A stretch of 64,000 nucleotides of DNA from Thermoplasmata archaeon (GCA_021796385.1 JAJYXQ010000081.1:1377-65376); one strand, 5' to 3'. Shown: positions 11,319 through 21,540, counted from the stretch's first letter. Translations and numbers: made by a program. Notes: generated by a model not told the origin, from the letters alone.

Positions 11319-13162
11319 ACCGTGGTAAGCGGCACCCCCAGGCCTCGGGCGAGCTCCTTTTCGACGGCGGCGCGCCTCCTTTCATCCCCCGGGGAGATCC
11401 GGTAAAGCGTCCGCCCGTCCGGAGTCGCGAGGGCTTTCGGCGGCGCGCTCACGAGCAACCGCTCTCCTTCGAAGGTCACCTCACCTATGACGAGGGAGAT
11501 CGGAAGGTCGCGCATCACATGCTTCGAGCCATGGATGACCCACGAGCCCACGGGGACGTACTCGCCGCTCCCACCCGCCTTCGACACCTGGTCACCCCGG
11601 ACCCAAAAGGCGTCGGCGGATGCGTGCCCCGCTCGCCAAGCCTTCGAGAACGAGACCGCCCAGGCTCCGGCCTCCTCCAGCGACTCGGGGGTCACTTCCT
11701 TCCCCTGAGGGACCTTCACCACCACGCTCGGGGCGCCGTGTACGTCCGCATGGATGTAGTAGTCGGTCTCCTTCAGGTACCGTTTGACCACGCCGTCGTT
11801 CGACTTGGCATCCCGGCCGGCGACGACCGGGATCCCCTTGGAGGTGATGAACCACCGGGGAGCCTTCTCGAACCAGAAGTTCCGAGTCCGATGGACTGCG
11901 GCCTCGGCGGCCTTCCGGCGGGAAGTCGCCACCTTTCGCTTTCCTAACGTGGCGAGGGCGGATTCGGTCTGCTCCAGGGCCCGCCTCGCTCCTTCGAGCT
12001 TGGGGGCCTGCCGCTTCGCCTCCTCGTAGAGTTCCGTGGCGGCGGCCCGGGGTGGCTTGCGAGCGTTCAACCGGACCTTCTTCCCCTTCACTTCGATCTC
12101 CGCCTCCTCAGAATCCGGGATCTGGTCAAGGAGCGTCTTCACGCGCGCTTCTACCTCGGAATAGTTCGTCAGGATCGCATCCGCGGCGTCGCGCAGCTCC
12201 TTGGCCATCCCTTCGAGCAGCGTGATCCCTTCCATTTGCTGCGTCCGGAGGCGCTCGAGGCGCTCCCGCTCGATCTCCTCCGGGGGTTTAACTTGGGCGG
12301 TCTTCGGGTGCGCGGCAAAATACTGCCGCGCCGCCTCGGAAAACGTGGGAACCTCCGTGCATGCGACCCCGGGCCGGTCCCGCCAGCGGGCGGCGGCGAA
12401 CGGCTGCACGTCGATCAACTTCCCGTTCTCCGAATAAAGGTACCCCTTGGGGTCCGTCCCCACCTCGGCAAGCACCCCCTTCCAGGATCCGAGGACCTTT
12501 TCGGCCGTTCGGTCCGGCTCTAGGCTCGCCGGGCTCGCGGGATCGAGCCCGGCCCGGGCCACGACCTCTTCCGCCAAGGGTCCTCCCATCGAAAGACGGG
12601 CGGCCAATGTTGTCACTATGCTCGTCTTGGATTGGGAAAGCGCCGTGGCAATCTCCGTCCGGGTAAGGGCGAAGGGATCGCGGCGGGAGGGAGGACGCAT
12701 GTAAGCCTCCCCGGGTCGAAGGGTTCGATGGGCCCACTTCCGCTGGGTCAGGATAGCCACGATCGTCCCTTCCCGCACCACGAGCAGGTTCCCATCCCCG
12801 AAGAGTTCGATCACGAGGAGCCGGGGCTTCTCCTCCATCGAGCGTTGGAAGGCGAGCTCAAGGTAACGCTCTCCCCCAGGCTGCTCGATGCCCACGAGAG
12901 GGAGCCCCGAAAGCCACTTGCGCACGTTCTGGGAAAAGGAGCCGGGTTCGGGGCGATGGGCGACCTCGCCGGTCGTCAGGGCGAGGAACCGACCGGGTTC
13001 CACCAAGAGCCGTGCCTTTTCCCGTTCCGGGACCCGGAAAGTGAACAGGAAGCTTCCCCCTTCGACGTCGTACGCCTTGTCCAACCAACATTTCCCCAGG
13101 GACTGTATCGCCCGGGCAACGGCTTGGATATCCACGGATGAAAAGGCATCCTTCGCTTCCAT
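11273..13162 (-). CDS. rqcH: Ribosome rescue protein RqcH/Rqc2 (NEMF/FbpA, NFACT family)
   Basis: SSVDI N-terminus, LLVIELFGDGN, coiled coil, FWFEKAPRWF, AGRDAKSND, YIHADVHGAPSVVVK, GEYVPVGSWVIHG. Confidence 0.92.
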   Translation of the reverse strand: MEAKDAFSSVDIQAVARAIQSLGKCWLDKAYDVEGGSFLFTFRVPEREKARLLVEPGRFLALTTGEVAHRPEPGSFSQNVRKWLSGLPLVGIEQPGGERYLELAFQRSMEEKPRLLVIELFGDGNLLVVREGTIVAILTQRKWAHRTLRPGEAYMRPPSRRDPFALTRTEIATALSQSKTSIVTTLAARLSMGGPLAEEVVARAGLDPASPASLEPDRTAEKVLGSWKGVLAEVGTDPKGYLYSENGKLIDVQPFAAARWRDRPGVACTEVPTFSEAARQYFAAHPKTAQVKPPEEIERERLERLRTQQMEGITLLEGMAKELRDAADAILTNYSEVEARVKTLLDQIPDSEEAEIEVKGKKVRLNARKPPRAAATELYEEAKRQAPKLEGARRALEQTESALATLGKRKVATSRRKAAEAAVHRTRNFWFEKAPRWFITSKGIPVVAGRDAKSNDGVVKRYLKETDYYIHADVHGAPSVVVKVPQGKEVTPESLEEAGAWAVSFSKAWRAGHASADAFWVRGDQVSKAGGSGEYVPVGSWVIHGSKHVMRDLPISLVIGEVTFEGERLLVSAPPKALATPDGRTLYRISPGDERRRAAVEKELARGLGVPLTTVQSLLPGGGVQAERA

Positions 13163-13241
13163 TGCCCCCCCACTTGGAGTCAGCGTCCGAGGTTCTTAAG
13201 GGTTGGACGCCGCGGGTACCCTTTGGGTCCGTGCCCAGGAG

Positions 13242-14807
13242 TCATCCCGAGAGGACCCACCGGTGGGAGAGCCCGCCGTCGATCACAAGGGTCTGCCCGG
13301 TGATGAACCCGGCATCGTCGCTGAGTAGAAAGCGGACGGCCGGCGCCACGTCCGATGGGGTCCCCAAGCGACCCAAAGGGATCTCCCGAGCCCATCGCTC
13401 CCGCTGGTGCGGTGACATCCATGTTAGAAGGGCGGTATCGATCCACCCTGGGGCAACAGCGTTGACCCGGACCAATGGGGCAAACTCCTGGGCGAGCACC
13501 TGGGAAAGAAAGAGGGATGAAGATTTCGCCAGGCTGTACGAGATCATCCCCGTCGATGGGGAAAGTCCGGCAATCGATGCATTGATGACCATCGAGCCTC
13601 GGGTTGACGCCAAGGTCGTCCCGAGTTCCTGCGCCAAAGTGAGCGCACTCAATGTATGCAGGTCGATCATGCCGTGCAACTCTTCCCGCGTAAGGTCAGA
13701 AAGTGGAGTGCCTAACCCTGCACCGGCGTTCGAAACTACGGCATCCAGCCGGCCCCGCCAGTCGCGGACTTCGCGGGCGATCCGGCGAACGTCCTGTTCC
13801 GAACTGGCGTCGCCGAGAACGACCTTCGCATTCGCTCCGAGCGCAAGGACCTTCTGGGCTGTGGCCTTAGCCCCCTCCACATCGTCAAGGGCGTGGACGA
13901 CAATGTCGTACCCGTTCCGGGCGAGTTCGAACGCCACTTCCTGACCGATGCCTCGGGAGCTACCCGTCACAAGAGCCACCTTCCGTTGCGATAGGAGGGG
14001 CGTTGACCCCGCCCTCCCGCCGATTCCCCTGGGGCTTGGGGGGTGTACGATCGATAGCCCACCATCCACCCCGATCTCGGCGCCGGTGATCCAGCGGGAA
14101 CCGGCGGAGAGCAAGAATGCGACGGTGGGGGCGATGTCGGCCGGTTCGCCCCACCGCCCGAGCGGGGTCGCTAGGCGCACTTTTTCGGAGAATTCCGGGT
14201 CCTCGTGAGCGGAACGGTTCATGTCGGTCCGGATGAAGCCGGGGGCGACCACATTGACCCGGACCTCGGGCGAAAACTTCAGGGCGAGGATCCCGGAAAG
14301 ACGCGAGAGGGCTGACTTGGATATCTGGTACCCGATCCCTCCGGTCTGATCGCGCCGTGAAAGTATCGAGGAAATAACCACCACCGAGGCACCGGTCGTC
14401 TGCTTCAGGACGGGTAACGCGCAGGAAAGGAGTTCGTACGTTCCCCGGAGATTGATGGACAACACCCGGTCAAACATCTCGAGCGGATCCAGGCCGCTCT
14501 CTTCGGAATCATACAATCCTGCGTTCGCAACGATGTGCTCCAAATGCCCTTTCCAACCGACCGTGTCCCGGACTACCCGAGCGGGGTCCCCCTTCGTCAT
14601 CTGATCCATGGCGACGGGAAGGACCTCGGCACCGGAGACCCTGCACTCCTGGGCGAGTGCCTCGGCCACGGCAGAGGATTCCCGATAGGTGAAGACCACG
14701 TCCATCCCACGCGAGGAAAGTTCGCGGACCACGGCGGCGCCGATCCCTCGAGAGCCTCCCGTGACGAGGGATACGGGTCTTCGGGTCCCTTCGGATTGTA
14801 CCGACAC
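13242..14807 (-). CDS. Tandem (two-domain) short-chain dehydrogenase/reductase, FabG-like
   Basis: Two TG(G/S)SRGIG Rossmann motifs, two YxxxK motifs (YQISK, YSLAK), two RVN.VAPG.I.T and ITG....DGG ends. Confidence 0.88.
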   Translation of the reverse strand: MSVQSEGTRRPVSLVTGGSRGIGAAVVRELSSRGMDVVFTYRESSAVAEALAQECRVSGAEVLPVAMDQMTKGDPARVVRDTVGWKGHLEHIVANAGLYDSEESGLDPLEMFDRVLSINLRGTYELLSCALPVLKQTTGASVVVISSILSRRDQTGGIGYQISKSALSRLSGILALKFSPEVRVNVVAPGFIRTDMNRSAHEDPEFSEKVRLATPLGRWGEPADIAPTVAFLLSAGSRWITGAEIGVDGGLSIVHPPSPRGIGGRAGSTPLLSQRKVALVTGSSRGIGQEVAFELARNGYDIVVHALDDVEGAKATAQKVLALGANAKVVLGDASSEQDVRRIAREVRDWRGRLDAVVSNAGAGLGTPLSDLTREELHGMIDLHTLSALTLAQELGTTLASTRGSMVINASIAGLSPSTGMISYSLAKSSSLFLSQVLAQEFAPLVRVNAVAPGWIDTALLTWMSPHQRERWAREIPLGRLGTPSDVAPAVRFLLSDDAGFITGQTLVIDGGLSHRWVLSG

Positions 14808-14870
14808 TATCCCCTCCTTCTTGGGCGAGACCGATACAGCATATGAGGACGAATACCGACCGGAAAAGGA

Positions 14871-16121
14871 TCACGAGGGGAGGAGGCGCTCCAGCGCGCG
14901 AGCGCCCCGTGCCTGGGCTCGGGTCAGGAGACGGGGGGTAACATAGACGGCGAGTCGCCATGGAGATGGGGAACGACCAACCAGACGGGAAAGGACTGGG
15001 TCGCGGGCCAGCAAACGATAGCACTGGCCACCTTCTCCGATCATTCGTACATCGTCCCCCGGAAGTTCGAGGCGCGGGGGTATATCGACCAGCACCTCTC
15101 CTGGAACCCCCTTCAACTGATGGGCAAGGTCGTCCTCCAGGGTCCGGCGCTCGGAAGGATGGTTACGATAATGGTCGAGACGCCGTAAGCTCCCCGCTTG
15201 CGACGTGAAAGCGATCTTGTACAGGACCCGGGATACCAGACGGGAGGATATCTCCCGGGAGATCCCGCTCGTATTCGAGAGCGCTGTGAGCAGTTGTCCG
15301 TCGGTCCCCGAGAGCAACTCCTCACCGATCGAAGGAAACTCGGGATGACGTTCCACGGCGGAGAGCAGCATTGTTTCCGCGATCCGCACGGTCTTGTTGA
15401 AGTAAACTGAGGAATACATGAGGGAGCGACCCAAGAGGAAACCCTCCACGGCGGCCCGCCCCTTCTCGAAGAATGCCACATGGTCATCGCGCAATCCGAG
15501 CGTCGCAAGGATGCGGCTCATGTCGATGACCCCATGCGCCACGCCCGTGTAATGTGCATCGCGCAACATGTAGTCTAGGCGATCGGCGTCGATCGTGCCA
15601 TGCAGCAGCTCCCGCAAGTAGGCCTTTCCCGGTGTGCGCGCTCCCAGGAGCCGCACCACGCTCTGGGGATTGACCTGGTGCTTCTCCAGCACCTCGGGTA
15701 TCGACGGGGCACGGTATCCTTGGATGCCCGCTCCAAAAGATGCCATCTTGAACGGGACGTTTCCTCGGATCAGTTGGCCCGTTCGGTCCTCGTGGTTCTC
15801 GCCGGTGGATTCCACGAGGGCGGGCTCCAAGCTGTGGGAGAAAGGGGTATGGCCGAGGTCATGGAGGAGGGCGGCGATCTCGAGGGCGAGCGCCTCTTCT
15901 GAGGGTCGGCCAAGACGGGAGGCCATTTCTCGGACCACCCAGCGGGTCCCGAGAGAGTGCTCCAACCGGGTATGAGAGGAACCGGGAAAGACAAGATGGG
16001 CCATTCCCGTCTGCCGGATACCCCAGAGCCGTTGCACGAGCGGATGGCCCATGAGCTCCAGCATGACCCCCTGAAGCGGGATCGAACCGTGAATTGGATC
16101 GTAGATGTACGTGGTCTTCAT
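14871..16121 (-). CDS. HD-domain phosphohydrolase, SAMHD1/YwfO-like dNTPase
   Basis: DPIHG, QRLWGIRQTG, HTRLEHSLG, LLHDLGHTPFSH, DADRLDY, SSVYFNKT. Confidence 0.9.
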   Translation of the reverse strand: MKTTYIYDPIHGSIPLQGVMLELMGHPLVQRLWGIRQTGMAHLVFPGSSHTRLEHSLGTRWVVREMASRLGRPSEEALALEIAALLHDLGHTPFSHSLEPALVESTGENHEDRTGQLIRGNVPFKMASFGAGIQGYRAPSIPEVLEKHQVNPQSVVRLLGARTPGKAYLRELLHGTIDADRLDYMLRDAHYTGVAHGVIDMSRILATLGLRDDHVAFFEKGRAAVEGFLLGRSLMYSSVYFNKTVRIAETMLLSAVERHPEFPSIGEELLSGTDGQLLTALSNTSGISREISSRLVSRVLYKIAFTSQAGSLRRLDHYRNHPSERRTLEDDLAHQLKGVPGEVLVDIPPRLELPGDDVRMIGEGGQCYRLLARDPVLSRLVGRSPSPWRLAVYVTPRLLTRAQARGARALERLLPS

Positions 16122-16141
16122 GAAACGTGGGGAAGGTCGTG

Positions 16142-16732
16142 TTAGTCTTCTCCAAATTCCCTAGGAGGAGGTACCCTCCGGGGCTTACGACTCCGGCGCG
16201 GCCGGGGGGGAAGGAGCGTTCCCACCATCCCGAGGATAAGGCCAAGGACGGCGAACAGTTCCCAGATGACCGTGAACTCAGGCATGACATTCCAGGAAAA
16301 TGTCACTGAGACGCCGGTGGTGGAATTGGTGAACAGCATGACGCTGGATGCAGTCGGTAACCAGACCGAAAGCGTGCCTGAGGGACCTCGGCCGACGGCG
16401 TACCAGGGGTAGGCGAGTCGGGGACCGACCGTGGGGGATGCATTGTAGTCCTGACACGTGAAAGTGCTGCATTGCACGATCTCCACCCACGTGGATGCGT
16501 TCCCCCCTGTCCACGACACCGTGGCGGGGGCGGAAGCAGGCAGGCAATAGGAGGGGCTCGGTGTCGAGGAGGGAAGGACCTGGGGACAGTACAGGATGAC
16601 CGGCCCCCTAGAGGACCCAACGGGTCCCGACGCATACAGCGAGAAAGTCTGGGAATAGGGCAGCGGAACGTAGATGAAGGTCAGCATGAGCATGAGAAGG
16701 ATCACCGCGGGAACGGTCCAGCCCGGGCGCAT
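16142..16732 (-). CDS. Hypothetical membrane protein (N- and C-terminal TM, Cys-containing outer domain)
   Basis: GGAG-type RBS before ATG, two hydrophobic segments, co-oriented with neighbours. Confidence 0.65.
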   Translation of the reverse strand: MRPGWTVPAVILLMLMLTFIYVPLPYSQTFSLYASGPVGSSRGPVILYCPQVLPSSTPSPSYCLPASAPATVSWTGGNASTWVEIVQCSTFTCQDYNASPTVGPRLAYPWYAVGRGPSGTLSVWLPTASSVMLFTNSTTGVSVTFSWNVMPEFTVIWELFAVLGLILGMVGTLLPPRPRRSRKPRRVPPPREFGED

Positions 16733-16762
16733 GCTAGCTCCTCTCCATAGACGCTTGCCCCT

Positions 16763-17368
16763 TCATTGCGTCCAATCTCCACCATCTGATCCTGGAGGGG
16801 CCGGGACCATGGGGCCCTCCTCAATGCTCTCAACATTCTCCGAAGTCTGCGGTGGCTCGTCCTCGCGCTTCTCGGTGGGGTCTTTCAATGCGATCCCAAC
16901 CACGGTCAAAATGAGCCCTGCCACAGCGATGACGATCACATAGAGCGAATCGAGGGCAGAGTATGGCACTGTGGCTCGGTACTGGGCTTCGGTGGCCGAT
17001 GTGTAGATGACGAGGGCCTGACCGGCTCCCATAGTGAAGGTGACGGACCCCGAGAACGCATGGGCGACCACGATGGGCGTGGCACCGGCGCACGCGGATA
17101 GCACGCTGGATGAACAAAGAACAAAAGCGATCGATGAACCAGCCGGAAGGTTCTGGTAGGCCACGGTCACGGGGAACGAACCCGTGATACTGTAGGCATT
17201 GCCTGGCAGGGTGATGATGGTGGGGGACGTCCCCGGCGCACCTCCGCTTGAACTCGAAAGAGTACCGCTCTGGAGCACCGAAGGCGCAGCGAAGAAGGCG
17301 GCGGCCACGACCCCCATCACGAGCAACATTCCGGGAACGGCGAGAAGAGTTCGCAAGGAATATCCCAT
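16763..17368 (-). CDS. Hypothetical membrane protein, probable paralog of 16142-16732
   Basis: Same two-TM architecture, C-S-x(3-5)-C motif and GLIL.xVG C-terminal TM. Confidence 0.65.
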   Translation of the reverse strand: MGYSLRTLLAVPGMLLVMGVVAAAFFAAPSVLQSGTLSSSSGGAPGTSPTIITLPGNAYSITGSFPVTVAYQNLPAGSSIAFVLCSSSVLSACAGATPIVVAHAFSGSVTFTMGAGQALVIYTSATEAQYRATVPYSALDSLYVIVIAVAGLILTVVGIALKDPTEKREDEPPQTSENVESIEEGPMVPAPPGSDGGDWTQ

Positions 17369-17383
17369 CTTGAGAGTACTTAG

Positions 17384-17397
17384 GGCTTTATAAAGCC
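17384..17397. promoter_or_regulatory. Palindromic TATA box shared by divergent genes (bidirectional promoter)
   Basis: GGCTTTATAAAGCC is a perfect 14-bp palindrome; TTTATAAA core about 19-24 nt from the ATGs at 17368 (-) and 17418 (+). Confidence 0.7.
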
Positions 17398-17417
17398 GTC
17401 ATCAATGCCCGGCCACC

Positions 17418-18422
17418 ATGGAGGTTGAGGAGCGCCATGCCCTCACATTGAAGGGGACGAGCGAGGTGCTGGTCCCGGACGAACTCGGGCAACTGCTGGC
17501 CACGAAGGAACACCCCAAGGTGTACATTGGATTCGAGCCTAGCGGACCGTTCACTGTGGGTCAGCTCGTCACCATCTCGAAGATCCTTGACCTCGAGAAG
17601 GCGGGTTTCGTCGTCACGGTCTTCCTCGCCGACTGGCATGCGTTCATCAACGACAAGCTAGGAGGGTCCATGGAACGGATCACTGCGGCCGGGAAAGAAA
17701 TGGAGCGGGTCATCCGGGTCCTGGGGGCCGGGAGCGGGGTCCGATTCCGATGGGCGAGCGAGCTGATCGGGAACTCAGACTATTGGAGCCGGGTGATCCG
17801 TTCGGCCAAAGCCATGTCCCTGGCCCGCGTCCGGCGGGCAATGACAATCATGGGACGAAACGAGGCGGAGGCAGATATGGATTCCGCCAAGCTCTACTAC
17901 CCGGCGATGCAGGTGGCCGACATCTTTGAACTGGGCGTGGATGTTGCCTACGGGGGGATCGACCAGCGCCGGGCTCACGTGCTTGCCCGGGAGGTCGCAG
18001 CGAAGTACGGTTGGCCGGTGCCGATCGCCTTGCACACCCCGCTCATCTCGTCCCTCAAAGGTGGAGGGCGAATGAACGCTGGAGAGGAGGGTTTGATGGA
18101 ACGGAAGATGTCGAAGAGCGACGCCACCACCGCAATCTATGCGACGGATTCCGAGGAGACCATCCGCGCCCGCATCCAATCCGCCTACTGTCCGGTGAAG
18201 GAGGTCGAGGGCAACCCCATGATTGAATTGGCCCTCCATCTTATCCTTCCGTGGCAAGGAAGACTCGCCATCGAGCGCTCCGAGAAACACGGGGGGGCCC
18301 TCGAGTTCGCTCGTGGAGAGGACCTTCTTGCCGCGTGGACGACCGGCAAGCTGCACCCACTTGACCTAAAGTCCGGTGTGGCGCGCAGCCTAGTCGAGAT
18401 CCTCCGTCCCTTGAGAGCGTAG
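17418..18422 (+). CDS. tyrS: Tyrosyl-tRNA synthetase, archaeal type
   Basis: YIGFEPSG, LADWHAFIN, YPAMQVADIF, GGIDQRRAH, KMSKS, RIQSAYCP, KLHPLDLK. Confidence 0.96.
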   Translation: MEVEERHALTLKGTSEVLVPDELGQLLATKEHPKVYIGFEPSGPFTVGQLVTISKILDLEKAGFVVTVFLADWHAFINDKLGGSMERITAAGKEMERVIRVLGAGSGVRFRWASELIGNSDYWSRVIRSAKAMSLARVRRAMTIMGRNEAEADMDSAKLYYPAMQVADIFELGVDVAYGGIDQRRAHVLAREVAAKYGWPVPIALHTPLISSLKGGGRMNAGEEGLMERKMSKSDATTAIYATDSEETIRARIQSAYCPVKEVEGNPMIELALHLILPWQGRLAIERSEKHGGALEFARGEDLLAAWTTGKLHPLDLKSGVARSLVEILRPLRA

Positions 18423-18426
18423 GAGT

Positions 18427-21400
18427 TCAAGACTTCCCTTCGGGACGAGCCGCTCCACCCGCTCGAACGGGTCTTCGAGCGGCCCGGAGGACTTGGGGCC
18501 ATGCCGGAAGCAAGGCCACCAGCAAGAGTATCGCTCCTGCGGCCAACGTGACCTCGAGGGTGAATTCTTGTTGTTGCTGCTCTATGCCGGATAGGGTAGG
18601 CCCAAGCGGCGGACTGCCTTGGCCAGAACCATAGACGTAGAACACGAAACCGAAGGGTACATGATCCGGCGCGAGGGTCAGGAGCGTGTGAAGCCCGGGA
18701 AGTACGGGAAGAGGATAGTTCGGTGGAACGAAGGCTCCATCCAGATACACCGCCCCCGAACTGCTCGTTTCGATCGTCCAGTTGACCAATGGGGATAACC
18801 GCCACTTCTCCAGGGGGGTGGGACAAGGCCCGACAGCGTAAAGGTCGGGAGTTCTAGGAATGAAGGATATGGCGTTGGGACAGCCCCCCGTGTTCAGGAC
18901 CCCCTCGGGAAAGGTCGAGGAAACGTTATAGAATGTGATGTTGCCAGCTTCTTGCCCCGCGACCGCGACCGTGTTCCCCATGAGGGAAAGCCCTTGGGCG
19001 CCGTCTCCCGCGGTCTGGACGGCAGAAACTGTGCCCAGCGTCCGGTTGATCCAGTCGAGCTGGCCGGGGGACCAGATGCTCACGAGGAGATATCCCGGGG
19101 TAAGGAGGAGGTTGCTAGGGGGCCCTGAGGCATACCACGTGGAAATGAGTTGTCCGGTTGTCTCGTTGTAGATTGGAATCGAAGCACTGCCCGAGGCGGC
19201 CACGTACAAGGTCCCAGAAGCGGGGTCGACAGCGAGAGCGACCGGTGCCGCACCGACGGCGTAGGTGGTAACGAAACCCCCCGTGGAACTGTTGAGCACC
19301 GTCACGTTGCTCATCGCAAGCGAGGAAACGAAGGCAAGATGGCGCTTCTCATCGAAGGCGATGGCATCCGGAGCGTAGCCTACGATGTCAGCACCGAGGT
19401 AACGCGGAGGAGAGCCGTTAAGGAGGGCAAAACGGGCCACGGAAGATGAGAGGTTTCCGGGGCCGGTCTCGGCACACCATAGCTCTGCTGCGGCAGGATC
19501 GATCGCAAGGTACCGAACCCCGGCTGAGGCGGACGGTAGCGAAAAGTTCCAAGTTTGGCCAGACGGATTGAAGGCGTGAATCCATGACGAGTTCAATGAC
19601 CCGACGTACGTCGTCCCGTTCCTTGGGTCGATACTGATGGATGCAGGAAGTGAGCCTGCGGGAAAGCTCCCGACGGGGACAGCCGGCGCAACGACGGGAG
19701 GTCCTCGGGCCCAGATCGTGACATAGTTCCAAGAGAGCGAATTACCGAATGTGGTAGAGACATGGTAGTTCTGTTGGATGTACCACCCGATCACTGGATG
19801 CATGATCTCCAATTCGGAAGTCCGGCTACCCACCACCACGTAGGGTACATAGGTACGGTTCCACGCCTGGAGTAGGGCGTCCATGCTCGGGGCGAGGTGG
19901 AATGGGTCGTAGGGATACGTGCTTTGATCGTTCGGGTACGACACGTAGGCCATCTGGTCAAGCACAATGGAGAGGTTGAGAAGGTTGGGTCTGTCTGCTG
20001 CGGCCAAAAATATGTCGTCTGCCGAGAACATGACGGACTTCGATGTGGTGTTGGTTGAATCAAGGTAATGCGCGACTTGAGCAACTAATTGCGGAGAATA
20101 CGTCCGTTGGATGACATTGTACTGGGGGAGGTCATAGGCGAGCGGCTCGTTGTAGGGATTCGAGGGCCCAAGGACTTCCACCGCAGAGAACACTCCCGCG
20201 CCGACCATCGTGGTGACCAGTGCGAGGGCGACCATGGCAGGTACCCAGCGTCCGGGGTTCCCGGCAACAGGGGTTGCTGCAGAAGGGGTACCTGCCTCAA
20301 GGAGCGGACGCGCCACACGGTCCGCCCACCAGATCCCGGCGAGCACGCTGAGGGGCACGCTCACGTCGGTGAAGTAGTTCGTAAGGAATTCAGGATAGAC
20401 GACTACGTAGAAGAAGAGGTAAAGGACGGCCCAGAGCCCCAGGAAAATCAACGCGAGCGATCCCATTTTTGGTCCCGGTCGCGCAGAGAACTCAATGTCG
20501 AAGGCTGTGACCGCCCAAAGCACTAGTTGGACCACGAGCAGCCCACCTGTTGCCACAAGATCATATTCCCCTTGGCCCCAATCGTAATTTACGGGTCCGG
20601 TGAAGAGAACGAAGCCGAGCAGGCCGGCGCTCAGGAGGAGCGAAAGTAGCGAAAGGTCCCGATGTCCCCGCGCGGCCAAGACCCCCGCAGGGACCGCCAC
20701 GGCGGGTATGATCAATAGGGGCTCATAGACCCAGAGGTAGTACAGAACGCTCAAGTGGTATTGTAGAGGGATCGATTGTTCCACGTACGCGGACCCCAAA
20801 CCGAACTGGTCCCACATCCAACCGAAAGACGTGAGGGAAGCGAAGATCCCGAGCACGGTCACAAGCGGGATTGCAAGACCCAGGAGGAAAATCGCAGAAC
20901 CCTTGAGCGTACCACCGTTCGAGGTGTTACGGGGCGAGGAAGGATGACGAACAATCAGCGCGGAGAGAATCAAGGGAGCTAGCAGCACGGCGTCACGGCG
21001 GGTGAGTTCGGCGATCCCGAGCAAGAGTCCGATCGCGAGAGGTACCCGGACCGGGTCCGGTCGGGACCTGCGAAGCAAGAGGTAGGCGATCCACGCTAGG
21101 GGCAAGGCGGCAAGAGGTTCGAGAAGAACCGTTGAAAAAGCATACACGTCGAAGGGATTGAATAGGAAGATCCCCGCCGCGGCGATCCCGGCAGACTTTC
21201 CACCCAAATCCCGGCCAAGAAGATAGACGGCTACAGCCGTGGCCATGTCGACAAGCACCATCTGCATCCGAGCGACAAAGAGCTGAGGACCGAACACGGC
21301 TACACCGGCCGCAAGATAGTACAGTATCACCGGTTCCCGGGCGGCAAAGGTAACGAAAGGGATGCCCCCCCGGACGATCGCGTCCGCAGCGTTCAGGTAC

Positions 21401-21540
21401 GCCCCTTCATCCATGTTGTACCATTGGATTGCCGCCACCCAACCATACAGCCCCATGGCGATGAGGAGGAGACCAGCGAATACCCCATTCTCGCGGACCC
21501 CTCGTAAGAGTCGACCCAAGCTAGGCAATTTAAGGGACAT
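18427..21540 (-). CDS. GT-C (ArnT/PMT, GT39/83-like) multi-TM glycosyltransferase fused to a YVTN/YncE beta-propeller and C-terminal TM anchor (copy 1)
   Basis: MDEGAY luminal acidic motif, 11-13 TMs, propeller blades VGYAPDAIAFD, VGAAPVALAVD; start placed at ATG 21540 (21579 possible) rather than 21843. Confidence 0.8.
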   Translation of the reverse strand: MSLKLPSLGRLLRGVRENGVFAGLLLIAMGLYGWVAAIQWYNMDEGAYLNAADAIVRGGIPFVTFAAREPVILYYLAAGVAVFGPQLFVARMQMVLVDMATAVAVYLLGRDLGGKSAGIAAAGIFLFNPFDVYAFSTVLLEPLAALPLAWIAYLLLRRSRPDPVRVPLAIGLLLGIAELTRRDAVLLAPLILSALIVRHPSSPRNTSNGGTLKGSAIFLLGLAIPLVTVLGIFASLTSFGWMWDQFGLGSAYVEQSIPLQYHLSVLYYLWVYEPLLIIPAVAVPAGVLAARGHRDLSLLSLLLSAGLLGFVLFTGPVNYDWGQGEYDLVATGGLLVVQLVLWAVTAFDIEFSARPGPKMGSLALIFLGLWAVLYLFFYVVVYPEFLTNYFTDVSVPLSVLAGIWWADRVARPLLEAGTPSAATPVAGNPGRWVPAMVALALVTTMVGAGVFSAVEVLGPSNPYNEPLAYDLPQYNVIQRTYSPQLVAQVAHYLDSTNTTSKSVMFSADDIFLAAADRPNLLNLSIVLDQMAYVSYPNDQSTYPYDPFHLAPSMDALLQAWNRTYVPYVVVGSRTSELEIMHPVIGWYIQQNYHVSTTFGNSLSWNYVTIWARGPPVVAPAVPVGSFPAGSLPASISIDPRNGTTYVGSLNSSWIHAFNPSGQTWNFSLPSASAGVRYLAIDPAAAELWCAETGPGNLSSSVARFALLNGSPPRYLGADIVGYAPDAIAFDEKRHLAFVSSLAMSNVTVLNSSTGGFVTTYAVGAAPVALAVDPASGTLYVAASGSASIPIYNETTGQLISTWYASGPPSNLLLTPGYLLVSIWSPGQLDWINRTLGTVSAVQTAGDGAQGLSLMGNTVAVAGQEAGNITFYNVSSTFPEGVLNTGGCPNAISFIPRTPDLYAVGPCPTPLEKWRLSPLVNWTIETSSSGAVYLDGAFVPPNYPLPVLPGLHTLLTLAPDHVPFGFVFYVYGSGQGSPPLGPTLSGIEQQQQEFTLEVTLAAGAILLLVALLPAWPQVLRAARRPVRAGGAARPEGKS

